Virus record (IMG/VR): IMGVR_UViG_3300032318_002198
Direction: 5' to 3' (one strand)
Source of the DNA: a virus
Lineage: Duplodnaviria > Heunggongvirae > Uroviricota > Caudoviricetes
DNA length: 64,000 nucleotides
The position numbers were made by a program, and so were the translations under genes. Shown one piece after another: positions 10,955 through 19,809 of the stretch; position 1 is the first letter of the stretch, and each line of letters begins with the position of its first letter. The notes beneath the pieces are model-generated. The model saw only the letters and a list, made by a program, of their open reading frames with translations, was not told where the DNA came from and made no database searches.

Positions 10955-11038
10955 GTAGGGGTAAACTCACGTAGTGAGTTGAAACAGTGAAAGACTGTTT
11001 GGCTCGGCAGAGGCCCTACCCGCCCTAGGAAGTCTGCC
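10955..11038 (+). ncRNA. unidentified structured RNA with possible pseudoknot
   Basis: GTAGGG/CCCTAC encloses hairpins AACTCAC/GTGAGTT and AAACAGT/ACTGTTT; GGCAGA inside can pair with TCTGCC outside. Confidence 0.5.
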
Positions 11039-11147
11039 ACTTTACAATGTATAAAAATAAATATATACTATGATTGAAGCTTGTTTAATATTTTTATTCA
11101 TAGCAGCCTTGGTTTGGTTGGATGATTATTATAATAAGCAATGATTA

Positions 11148-11222
11148 TTGCTGTGAAGACCGAAAGGAAAGAAGCAACGTAGATGCAGGCAAGACGCGAA
11201 TTCTTTTAAGACACAAGTTCAA
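11148..11222 (+). pseudogene. truncated tmRNA acceptor-piece remnant(s)
   Basis: GTAGATGCAGGCAAGACGCG and AAGACACAAGTTCAAT resemble the pre-T-arm and T-loop of tmRNA but lack an acceptor 3' strand. Confidence 0.55.
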
Positions 11223-11261
11223 TACCGCCCTATGTAAATATAATTATATGGAGGCGGTATG
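11222..11261 (+). promoter_or_regulatory. hairpin sequestering SD and start codon of GIY-YIG gene
   Basis: ATACCGCC/GGCGGTAT stem overlaps GGAGG and ATG; TAAATA in loop. Confidence 0.75.
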
Positions 11262-12071
11262 TTTTTTTATGTATATCAAATAACTAATTTAATTAATGGT
11301 AAAATTTATGTGGGAAAACATAAATCTACCAAACACCCGAATGAAAATGGATATTACGGATCGGGTAAGCAAATAAATTCTGCTATTAAGAAATATGGCA
11401 TTAATAATTTTAAAAAAGAAGTTTTATGCTATTGTTCTTCTTTGGAAGAAATGGCTGCTAAAGAAGCAGAAATAGTTACAGAAGATTTTGTCAAAAGAAA
11501 AGATACCTATAATATGCACAAGGGAGGGTTTGGTGGATTTGAACACATAAATCTAGATCCTAAAAAACGACTCGAAGTAAGCAATCAAGCATCAAAAAGA
11601 AATAAAGAATTAGGATTAGGTGGAACCCAACACTGGACAGACGAGAGTTGGAGAAAAGTTCGTGAAAAAAGTTGGACAGAATTAATTAGACAAGGTATAT
11701 TTGATCCAAATACTTGGGATAGTATGTCGAACGAAGAGAAAGAAAAGCGTCGAAAAAATATATCAAACAAAGTCTCTGGATCCAACAATGGTTCTTATGG
11801 AACTAAAATTTATATTGACGAGAATCATAACAGAGACTTACCGCCTGCAAATATTCTAAACAAACAACGATTCAAACCAGGCGAACAACCTAAAGGATGG
11901 ATTCCCGTTACTGAATGGAGAGATCGTAAAAAGAACAAAAAGGCAAATGCATATGGCAGACATTGGTATAATGATGGCCAAAAGAACTATTATTTGTATC
12001 CTACAGATGCTAAAATAATAGAACTACGTTTAGAAAAACGTAGATTAATAAATAAAAATATCATCGTATGA
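11259..12071 (+). CDS. GIY-YIG homing endonuclease
   Basis: FYVYQITNLINGKIYVGKH...YYGSG...E...YNMHKGG; NUMOD-like C-terminal repeats. Confidence 0.9.
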   Translation: MFFYVYQITNLINGKIYVGKHKSTKHPNENGYYGSGKQINSAIKKYGINNFKKEVLCYCSSLEEMAAKEAEIVTEDFVKRKDTYNMHKGGFGGFEHINLDPKKRLEVSNQASKRNKELGLGGTQHWTDESWRKVREKSWTELIRQGIFDPNTWDSMSNEEKEKRRKNISNKVSGSNNGSYGTKIYIDENHNRDLPPANILNKQRFKPGEQPKGWIPVTEWRDRKKNKKANAYGRHWYNDGQKNYYLYPTDAKIIELRLEKRRLINKNIIV

Positions 12072-12360
12072 AAGAAAGAGAAACGAGGTTCGGACGGGGC
12101 TAGCATATGCCCCCAGGTCCACCAGAGGTAGTTTTATTGGTGAATTTGCCTTAATATCGGAGTAGAAATACCGATAGATAGAATTACCTCTAATGGGCCT
12201 GAACAGATTCGACGGAACTACTAGTAACGGACTGGACGATGCGTTAGATGACGAACGTTAATCGCATAAAACTATAAACGCAAACGACAGCGTATTTGCT
12301 CTCGCAGCCTGAAAAACTAGCGAAGCCGGGGTAGGAAAGACCTTGTAATCAAACAAACCA
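12070..12360 (+). ncRNA. ssrA: circularly permuted (two-piece) tmRNA, tag ANDSVFALAA
   Basis: Acceptor piece GGAC-GGGGC/GCCCC-CAGGTCC-ACCA ends 12124; hairpin spacer; coding piece starts GGGCCTG at 12195 (pairs with CAGGTCC, G3:U70); tag GCA AAC GAC AGC GTA TTT GCT CTC GCA GCC TGA at 12280-12312. Confidence 0.92.
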
Positions 12361-12361
12361 G

Positions 12362-12386
12362 AAAGGCTACTTCGGTAGCCTTTTTT
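12362..12386 (+). terminator. rho-independent terminator
   Basis: AAAGGCTAC-TTCG-GTAGCCTTTTTT. Confidence 0.85.
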
Positions 12387-12424
12387 CTTGACTTCTATAT
12401 TTAAAGACAGTATTATTAATATAT

Positions 12425-12499
12425 GCGCTAGAAGCTGATTGGATAGCCAGAGCCTCTAAAACTCTTGATTAATGGGTTCGAATCCCATCTAGCGCACCA
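12425..12499 (+). tRNA. amber suppressor tRNA (anticodon CTA)
   Basis: GCGCTAG/CTAGCGC acceptor, AGAGC-CTCTAAA-ACTCT anticodon arm, TTCGAAT T-loop, ACCA. Confidence 0.75.
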
Positions 12500-12514
12500 G
12501 ATAAAGGTTGATAA

Positions 12515-12901
12515 ATGAGAAATATTAGGAGAAATGTCATGCGTAGTGTAAAAATCGATAAAAAGAAATTGTTAACTATTGTTAAAGAAAACAAAGATAA
12601 ACATATTGTTGAATACAATGAAAGTGTAGCAGATTATAAATCTGCCGCTATTAAACTTGCATCAGAACATGTTGAACTAGCAAAGTCCGGCAAGTTATCT
12701 GAAATTGCTAAGATTAAATCAATGCCTCAAGTCCCGGCAAGTTACGAAAAAGAATATGATCGTGCTATCCGTATGCTCGAACTTAGCGTTGATAAAGAAA
12801 TTGAACTCGAAGATGACATATTCAATCAACTGGTACTTGATGAATGGGATTGGAAAAATCAATTTGTTAGTTCTTCAATGTTATATAAAACAATGAGCTA
12901 A
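12515..12901 (+). CDS. hypothetical protein (likely start 12539)
   Basis: ORF with AGGAG before second ATG. Confidence 0.65.
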   Translation: MRNIRRNVMRSVKIDKKKLLTIVKENKDKHIVEYNESVADYKSAAIKLASEHVELAKSGKLSEIAKIKSMPQVPASYEKEYDRAIRMLELSVDKEIELEDDIFNQLVLDEWDWKNQFVSSSMLYKTMS

Positions 12902-12989
12902 ATAGTTTGTAGGGAGTTAATTCTCCCTAATTAATTTAAAAAAGGAAATAAAAATGTCGTAGATTTCGGAATTTGCTTGTAAAGATTTA

Positions 12990-13547
12990 GTGTTTTCATT
13001 TAATAAAAAACACCTAGAAGATCAAACCATACCCATGTGGAAAATAGCATTTCATGGGGAAACTTATTATGTCAATCATGTGGAATGCAATGTTCCATGG
13101 TCTACCAAAGAGACAAGTGACAACCCGCATACCAAAGGTTCTATCAAAGTCAAAGATTGTTTATTGACTATCGATGAACATAATAATGCATCAATCATCA
13201 AACTTACTATAATTGATAAAGCACGATTACGCAATCAAAGATTGGGTATAACTCGTATCATTGTTAAAGAAGGGATGGATCATCAAAAATTCCTACAACT
13301 TCTTAAACAACTTTCTATTAAACATAACCCAATTAAGAAAATTAGTGGTGCTTGCTCTAGCACATTTTATGTTTGTGATATATTAGATAAATCACAATTT
13401 ACTATGTTAAGTCTATCTATGAGCAATGCGTCTAGTTTTCGTATATTGATGCCAAATGAAAGTTATTATAAATGGTATGATGATCCAAAAAATGCCAATC
13501 GGGACGTAATTTGGGAGGAAGATCAAGATTGGGACGATGATGAATAA
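12990..13547 (+). CDS. hypothetical protein
   Basis: ORF track. Confidence 0.6.
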   Translation: MFSFNKKHLEDQTIPMWKIAFHGETYYVNHVECNVPWSTKETSDNPHTKGSIKVKDCLLTIDEHNNASIIKLTIIDKARLRNQRLGITRIIVKEGMDHQKFLQLLKQLSIKHNPIKKISGACSSTFYVCDILDKSQFTMLSLSMSNASSFRILMPNESYYKWYDDPKNANRDVIWEEDQDWDDDE

Positions 13548-13573
13548 ATAAAATTATTCAAGGAGCCACAAAT

Positions 13574-13918
13574 ATGTTCAAAGTAAAAATTGTGGCGTTC
13601 CTATTCTGCTTAATCAGCACCATAGCCAACGCCGAACCATCTCAAATTAATAGAGCGATAGTATGTGATAAAATCGAAGAAGTAGCCATGTTGATAAAGA
13701 AATATGGTGAAAAACCTGTTTGGCAAGGAAAAAATATTCAAGGTCTTCAAACTGTTTTAACATTAAATGGCCAAACTAAAACTTGGTCTTTAATAATTAC
13801 CGATGGTGAACTTGCTTGTATTTTAGATGCCGGGTTAGATTTTGTCATTGAAAAACCCACTTCTACACCAAAAGTTGATAAGAAAAATTTAACAAATGTG
13901 ACTGCTAAATATATGTAA
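13574..13918 (+). CDS. hypothetical exported protein
   Basis: Signal-peptide-like N-terminus, AAGGAG RBS. Confidence 0.6.
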   Translation: MFKVKIVAFLFCLISTIANAEPSQINRAIVCDKIEEVAMLIKKYGEKPVWQGKNIQGLQTVLTLNGQTKTWSLIITDGELACILDAGLDFVIEKPTSTPKVDKKNLTNVTAKYM

Positions 13919-13939
13919 ATACATCCTAGGAATACAACG

Positions 13940-14464
13940 ATGAAACAAAAACTTGACGAAAACGAAATAGTTGGTAATTTTTATAATTTTGCTATTTCTA
14001 GAAAAACATTAAATGAATTTGCAGGCATGTCAAAATCAATGGATGACAATGAAGTAATTGACAAACCTGATGTAGTTGATAGACCTAATACCGACGTAAA
14101 TGATCTCGGTGATGCTAGAAAAGAATTATTAAGAATTATGAAATTGGCAGGCCAAGGAGATACTGAAAAGAAACCTGCCGGGTGGAATTTGGTTTTATAT
14201 GACGATCCTGTTACTCCTGGGGAAGCTGTAATCGAAGGTTTAAGATCTGTTATGAATTTTGGAGATGGAGATATTGCTAGGGTACTGCGCGATATTGTCC
14301 AAAATCAACAATCGGTTTTGGGAGTTTACGCCATTGAAGATCGTGCATTGAAATTGAGAGATGCACTAAAACGATTTGTGGATAACAATAACAGATATAT
14401 CGGTGGAGATGGTACTCGTGGTCCTTGGGATCTCCAGGTTGAGGTTCTTAAAGCAGGTGATTGA
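13940..14464 (+). CDS. divergent ClpS-like domain protein
   Basis: WNLVLYDDPVTPGEAVIEGLRSV...SVLGVY..E resembles the ClpS core. Confidence 0.6.
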   Translation: MKQKLDENEIVGNFYNFAISRKTLNEFAGMSKSMDDNEVIDKPDVVDRPNTDVNDLGDARKELLRIMKLAGQGDTEKKPAGWNLVLYDDPVTPGEAVIEGLRSVMNFGDGDIARVLRDIVQNQQSVLGVYAIEDRALKLRDALKRFVDNNNRYIGGDGTRGPWDLQVEVLKAGD

Positions 14465-14739
14465 TAAATCATATGCCAAACTATACAAAAAAATATAGAA
14501 CAATAGCAATTAGTGATTGCTGCAATAGGAAATCCTAAGTCGGCTACTAAAATCCAAAGCCTTTCTCTCAGTTACAAAATATTTATAGATTAAACAAATT
14601 TTTTAAATTAGCATTTTATAAAACTTGTAACAAAACTGTAACAAGGCAGAAGAAAAAAGTAATTTATTTACTTCACAGTAAAAAGACTATTTTGGTAGCT
14701 TTTTTTATTTGAATAAATATATCATTAGCAGGATTTATT

Positions 14740-16044
14740 ATGAGATCTCGTGAATTTATAATCGAATATAATCGTGAGGTTACATTGCGTAATCGTAAGA
14801 TACGTGACGGTCTTTTACAACAATATGCTGTCAATATGCCAGGTGGTAAGGTAAACGATGCAGTATTTACATATATGGCCGACAGCGTTCTTAACCGTAT
14901 GATGACTGAAATTGAAAACGTTGTAATACCAGGAGTTCCAAAAAACTATTTTGCTCCGTGGCTAGCATTGTGGATGTCACGCGGATATTTTGAAGCGAAT
15001 GAATGGGATCAGTACAGCCAAAATACCTCAGCATGGCGTTTTCGTGGAATAATACCATTACTCGAAGCATATTACAAATATAAAAATAAATCTTGGTTTC
15101 CAAAAGAATATAAAGACATATATAAATTAAGTCCAATAAAATTACATGAAGTAATTACTAATTTAGAAGTACCTGAAGAACTTGTTACCGACCGTGGAAA
15201 TACCAAAGTAGTATTAGATAATAGCGAAATCCGTATTCTACACATATTGGATAAAGCTGCTGCTATTTATTATGGGCAAGGCACCAATCCACGCTGGTGT
15301 ACATCTTATACCGACAGTGAAAATAAGTTCGATTATTATAATAGCCTTGGACCATTATACGTTTTATTACCAAAAAAACCTCAACATGTTGGGGAAAAAT
15401 ATCAAATGCATTTTCATCGATTTTCTAGTGATGAATATACCGATGAACATAATGAGTTTATTGGATTTAATGCGTTAATTGATCGTTTTGGTGAAGAGTT
15501 CAAAAACTGGTTGCTTGATTTGCGACCAAAATATAAAGAATCGATGATGTTAGAAGATGAGAAGACTATTCTAAAGTTATGGCAAGGATTTGGCGATTAT
15601 GTTTATGATAGATTCAAAAAAGAAGGTGAAGAGTTGGTAAATGATGGTCTTAACTATTATAGCGGCGATGAAGATGTTATGAAGTGGGCAAAATTTAGCC
15701 AGAAAAAGATGTTGGAAATTTGGGATACAATACAAAATACCTCCATAGAACAAATACGTAGAATTGCAAGTGAAAATTATGATAAAGATGGAAGTTTATG
15801 GCATATAACTGATGTAATAGTATTATGGGATGAATTATTTGATCAATATGCTAGAGAGTCAAATTTATTTAAGTTTAAAAGTACTTATAAATATTTTGAT
15901 CTTTATGATATAATAGGTGGTAGACCATACATAGTTAAAGCAGACGAAATGGATAGCAATGAAGTTATTAAGGTTCGACATGTCTATGATCTTGAACGAA
16001 TCGGTGATTATGTGATCCTTTCCCTCGGTGGTTATAGGAATTGA
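14740..16044 (+). CDS. hypothetical late protein, MRxREF family, PcfJ-like WCT..Y...GPLY motif
   Basis: N-terminus MRSREFIIEY; RWCTS...YYNSLGPLYV; paralogous to 51771 and 57813. Confidence 0.6.
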   Translation: MRSREFIIEYNREVTLRNRKIRDGLLQQYAVNMPGGKVNDAVFTYMADSVLNRMMTEIENVVIPGVPKNYFAPWLALWMSRGYFEANEWDQYSQNTSAWRFRGIIPLLEAYYKYKNKSWFPKEYKDIYKLSPIKLHEVITNLEVPEELVTDRGNTKVVLDNSEIRILHILDKAAAIYYGQGTNPRWCTSYTDSENKFDYYNSLGPLYVLLPKKPQHVGEKYQMHFHRFSSDEYTDEHNEFIGFNALIDRFGEEFKNWLLDLRPKYKESMMLEDEKTILKLWQGFGDYVYDRFKKEGEELVNDGLNYYSGDEDVMKWAKFSQKKMLEIWDTIQNTSIEQIRRIASENYDKDGSLWHITDVIVLWDELFDQYARESNLFKFKSTYKYFDLYDIIGGRPYIVKADEMDSNEVIKVRHVYDLERIGDYVILSLGGYRN

Positions 16045-16090
16045 TATTGCCCAGTTATAAAAATAAGATAACGCTCAAATAAATATAGAT

Positions 16091-16297
16091 ATGAAATTCC
16101 TCGTTTTATTATTACTGTTTGTTAGTTTAAATACTCAAAGTGCAGTTAGATTTAATCCCAACAATAATATGTGGGAAGGAAATATCTGTATGAATAATAT
16201 AGGTTGGCAGTTTGTAGACTGGAGACCGCTCGGTAGTTTATGTTGGATACACATACCGGGTCACAGACCTATGCAAGGAATTATTATTAATTTATAA
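16091..16297 (+). CDS. small exported protein
   Basis: Signal peptide, two Cys. Confidence 0.55.
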   Translation: MKFLVLLLLFVSLNTQSAVRFNPNNNMWEGNICMNNIGWQFVDWRPLGSLCWIHIPGHRPMQGIIINL

Positions 16298-16299
16298 TT

Positions 16300-16626
16300 A
16301 TGCCAATAGATATCGACAAATCAAAAAGTATTATTGATACAGTAAGAAAGATGTCTAGTCGTGAACTAGCTGTGACACTGTTTTTGATTGTTTCGTCAGT
16401 AGTAGGAGCAATGTGGATCGAAAATCGTTATGCTAAAATTACTGAAACTAAACAACAAATCGAACGAACCGAACAAGAAATTAAAAAACATAAAGCAGAA
16501 ATAATTCAAATGCATATTAGAACATTAGAGCTAATACGTATGCAACCAAAGGAAGTTCAAGAACAAATTGAAAAGAATATACAATCATTTATGGAAAACT
16601 ATAGAAGATTGGAGTCTAATAAATGA
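16300..16626 (+). CDS. membrane-anchored coiled-coil protein
   Basis: One TM helix then heptad-rich segment. Confidence 0.55.
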   Translation: MPIDIDKSKSIIDTVRKMSSRELAVTLFLIVSSVVGAMWIENRYAKITETKQQIERTEQEIKKHKAEIIQMHIRTLELIRMQPKEVQEQIEKNIQSFMENYRRLESNK

Positions 16627-17951
16627 GATATTTCGAACTTGTAAACGAACTTCGACGTAATCCAAAAATAAATGTCAAAAAATCTCCCAATGAAATATTA
16701 AAAAATTATTGGGAGAATTCTACTGAACGAATAGGATATCCGGTAACAGTAAAAGATTTATTTGTCAGTTTCACTGAACTTAAAAAATTGGGTATAAATC
16801 CTCAATCAAAATATAATACACCTTTAGGAATTTACGCATATACTGTCTCTACTGTGATTCAAATGGCAGGTGACGAACGACCTATGGATAGATCAGTACC
16901 ATTCGCCGGAGATCATCCTTTTATAAATTTATTTAAATTTACCGGCGACGGATATGTGCTAGTAATAAACCGCATGCGGGAAGATAATACCACAATGTAT
17001 TTTTACGAACAACTACGCAAAATAATGAGTGTGTTTGAAAAAAGCGAAATGCGTGGTGGATATCTTCACACTGAAGATTTAGTAGATCAGTTCCTAAAAG
17101 AAGCCGAAAAAGAAGATCGTGCTCTTGTAAATAGTACTGGCGGCCATTTTTGGTATGTTACTTGGAAATGTTCGGAAATATTAAGTAATCGTAAAAAAAT
17201 AGCTAGACCTGTGGCATGGAATTGGTTATTTAGAAAATTAGGAATCGATGCAGTTGTAGATACAGGTGCCGGAATTATTCATGAAAATGAACCAGAGCAG
17301 GCAGTATTTTTTAATACAGTAGATATAGAGCTTATAGAACGAATAGACAACAAATATAGTCCTGCTACTATTAATACACGTATTGAACAAGGTGTATTGA
17401 CCAAACAAAAACAAGAAGAAAAAAAATTAGAAATTCAAACATTATTACAAACTGGTAATTTTGAAAAAATTATAACTTGGTTAGACGAAGGATCAAATAA
17501 AGAGTATGTTAGGTTTTTGCCTAAAAATCTAAAATTGCAGATATTACGTAGAAGACCATATTATATCTATCATTTACAATATCCCACAAGAGAAGAACAA
17601 ATTATTGCACTAACTAATGATCCTTTCATGCTAATTCATGATAGTGGTGTGCAAAAAAAATTCAAATTACCATTATCTGATATTATTCTGGCAATAGACA
17701 ATCATGCGGATATAAGTAAATATCCTGCGTTATCTTGGGAAGTAAAAAGATTGCATTATTATCTCAATAGCGATGATCCAAAATTGTTAATGTCATTACT
17801 AAGATTGAATGTTGGAATAATATCGGAAATTAAACATCATCTAAACTTAACACCGGAATTAATACAATATATCAAACAATTAGCAACCAAACAAGGTTTT
17901 TCCGATATACACCTCGGCGACCTGACTAATTCTTCTCAACAAACGAGTTGA
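16623..17951 (+). CDS. hypothetical protein, MRxxE N-terminal family
   Basis: ORF; MRYFELVNE start. Confidence 0.6.
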   Translation: MRYFELVNELRRNPKINVKKSPNEILKNYWENSTERIGYPVTVKDLFVSFTELKKLGINPQSKYNTPLGIYAYTVSTVIQMAGDERPMDRSVPFAGDHPFINLFKFTGDGYVLVINRMREDNTTMYFYEQLRKIMSVFEKSEMRGGYLHTEDLVDQFLKEAEKEDRALVNSTGGHFWYVTWKCSEILSNRKKIARPVAWNWLFRKLGIDAVVDTGAGIIHENEPEQAVFFNTVDIELIERIDNKYSPATINTRIEQGVLTKQKQEEKKLEIQTLLQTGNFEKIITWLDEGSNKEYVRFLPKNLKLQILRRRPYYIYHLQYPTREEQIIALTNDPFMLIHDSGVQKKFKLPLSDIILAIDNHADISKYPALSWEVKRLHYYLNSDDPKLLMSLLRLNVGIISEIKHHLNLTPELIQYIKQLATKQGFSDIHLGDLTNSSQQTS

Positions 17952-18019
17952 TTTTTCAAAAGTTATTACTAAGATCCGGGATGGGCAGCCGAATATCTAA
18001 AATTCAAAGTAAATTTTAA

Positions 18020-18379
18020 ATGAAAAACTTATACTTATTACATTCAAACCCAGAGCAATTGTTTGGTTATGATCAGGCAATTTATCGTATGCCTAGATTG
18101 GCATATAAATTGGCTTGGGAAAAACCTGGATTAAGAAAACAATTAGAACCATTTATAATGAAAGATCCTGACTGGGCATATTATTATGCCCTCGATGTTC
18201 TCAAAAGACCATGGCCTGAAGCTGAACCATATATAATGAAAGATCCTCAATGGGCATATTGGTATGCTCTAAATGTTCTCAAAAGACCATGGCCTGAGGC
18301 AGAACCATATATAATGAAGGACGATCATTGGTGGGGCTTTTATCAAGAATTTAAACATAGATATAAAAATAATCTTTGA
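18020..18379 (+). CDS. 23-aa tandem-repeat protein (MKDPxWAYxYALxVLKRPWPEAEP family), short allele
   Basis: Same N-terminus and repeat as 51031-51693 and 57402. Confidence 0.75.
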   Translation: MKNLYLLHSNPEQLFGYDQAIYRMPRLAYKLAWEKPGLRKQLEPFIMKDPDWAYYYALDVLKRPWPEAEPYIMKDPQWAYWYALNVLKRPWPEAEPYIMKDDHWWGFYQEFKHRYKNNL

Positions 18380-18443
18380 TTTCTCTTTAATATCTAGTAT
18401 AATATTTAGACATAGAAAATCTATTACTGATAAGGAGAAAACT

Positions 18444-18632
18444 ATGAAATCAATCGTTGCAACAATCGCTGCTCTTTTTGCAGTAACCGCTATGGCTTCC
18501 CAACCTGCTCCTACTAAGGGAGAAGAAAAGAAAGCTGCACCCACTGCACCTGCCGCAAGTGCTCCGACTAAGAAGGACGAGAAGAAGGTCGACGGCAAGC
18601 TTGCTGCTAAGAAAGAAGAAGCCAAGAAGTAA
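18444..18632 (+). CDS. small secreted low-complexity Ala/Lys/Pro protein
   Basis: AAGGAG RBS, signal peptide, host-like codon use, own terminator. Confidence 0.7.
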   Translation: MKSIVATIAALFAVTAMASQPAPTKGEEKKAAPTAPAASAPTKKDEKKVDGKLAAKKEEAKK

Positions 18633-18650
18633 TTTTTACTTTTTCGAAAT

Positions 18651-18674
18651 AGGCTACCGAAGTAGCCTTTTTTT
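18651..18674 (+). terminator. rho-independent terminator
   Basis: AGGCTAC-CGAA-GTAGCCT-TTTTT. Confidence 0.8.
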
Positions 18675-18737
18675 ACGGCGGTGAAAAAATACTACATAAA
18701 TATTGATCATATTTAAAATTATCGTTATACTTAATAA

Positions 18738-19748
18738 ATGAAAACTGCATTAATTACCGGCATAGGTGGCCAAGATGGTTCATATCTAGCCGAATTCCTT
18801 CTAAACAAAGGATACGAAGTTCATGGCTTAGTTCGAAGAAATTCAAACTACGATGTCATACCAAACATAGCTCATATTAAAGATCGAATTATATTACACT
18901 ATAGTGATCTTACTGATTCTGTTAATCTAAGAAATATTGTAATTTCTGTTAAACCTGATGAAGTTTATAATCTGGCTGCTCAAAGTCATGTTCATATAAG
19001 TTTTGAGGTCCCTGAATATACCACAGATGCTAATGCTTTAGGTGTACTACGACTACTCGAATCAGTTAGACTTTTAAATGAAATTAAAAACGTAAAATTC
19101 TATCAAGCATCAACTAGCGAAATGTTCGGGCATGTGAAAACAGTGCCTCAAAATGAAAATACTCCTTTCTATCCCAGATCACCATATGGCGTAGCAAAAT
19201 TATACGGACATTGGATATCTATAAATTATAGAGAAAGCTATAACTTATTTGCATGTAATGGTATTTTGTTTAATCACGAAAGTCCAAGAAGAGGCGAAAC
19301 ATTTGTAACTAGAAAAATTACAAAAGGATTTCAAAATATCATAAATGGTAAACAATCCACTATTGAATTGGGTAATATCGACAGCATGAGAGATTGGGGT
19401 CACGCCAAAGATTTTGTAAGAGGTATGTGGATGATGTTAAACCATGATAAACCAGATGATTATGTTTTGGCAACGGGTATTCAACATTCTGTAAGAGATT
19501 TTTGTAACATGACTGCAAAATGGCATGGTATAGATATCGAATGGATAGGAAAAGGAACTGAAGAAAAAGGTATAGATACCCGAACCGGCAAAACATATTT
19601 TGAGATTAATCCAAAATATTATCGCCCAGCTGATGTTAATACATTATTGGGAGATAGTACAAAGGCAAGAACAGTATTAGGATGGAAACCCATGTTAACA
19701 TTGGCGGATCTTGTCGATGACATGTGCAAGAATGAGTTAAAAATATGA
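18738..19748 (+). CDS. gmd: GDP-mannose 4,6-dehydratase
   Basis: ALITGIGGQDGSYL, YQASTSE, SPYGVAK, NHESPRRG. Confidence 0.95.
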   Translation: MKTALITGIGGQDGSYLAEFLLNKGYEVHGLVRRNSNYDVIPNIAHIKDRIILHYSDLTDSVNLRNIVISVKPDEVYNLAAQSHVHISFEVPEYTTDANALGVLRLLESVRLLNEIKNVKFYQASTSEMFGHVKTVPQNENTPFYPRSPYGVAKLYGHWISINYRESYNLFACNGILFNHESPRRGETFVTRKITKGFQNIINGKQSTIELGNIDSMRDWGHAKDFVRGMWMMLNHDKPDDYVLATGIQHSVRDFCNMTAKWHGIDIEWIGKGTEEKGIDTRTGKTYFEINPKYYRPADVNTLLGDSTKARTVLGWKPMLTLADLVDDMCKNELKI

Positions 19749-19809
19749 CTATGGTATTGGCGTCAAAAGGATCCTGCATAAGAAGATTAAAGAAGAAAGG
19801 GGGCGTAGT

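Noticed and set aside
10955-11038. c-di-GMP-I riboswitch
   Set aside because: GGTAAAC and GAAA resemble it, but the GACGCAAAGCC-type core and spacing do not fit.
11200-12124. Group I intron with internal ORF in tmRNA
   Set aside because: Only about 40-60 nt flank the ORF and no P, Q, R, S core elements are visible, unlike at 53237.
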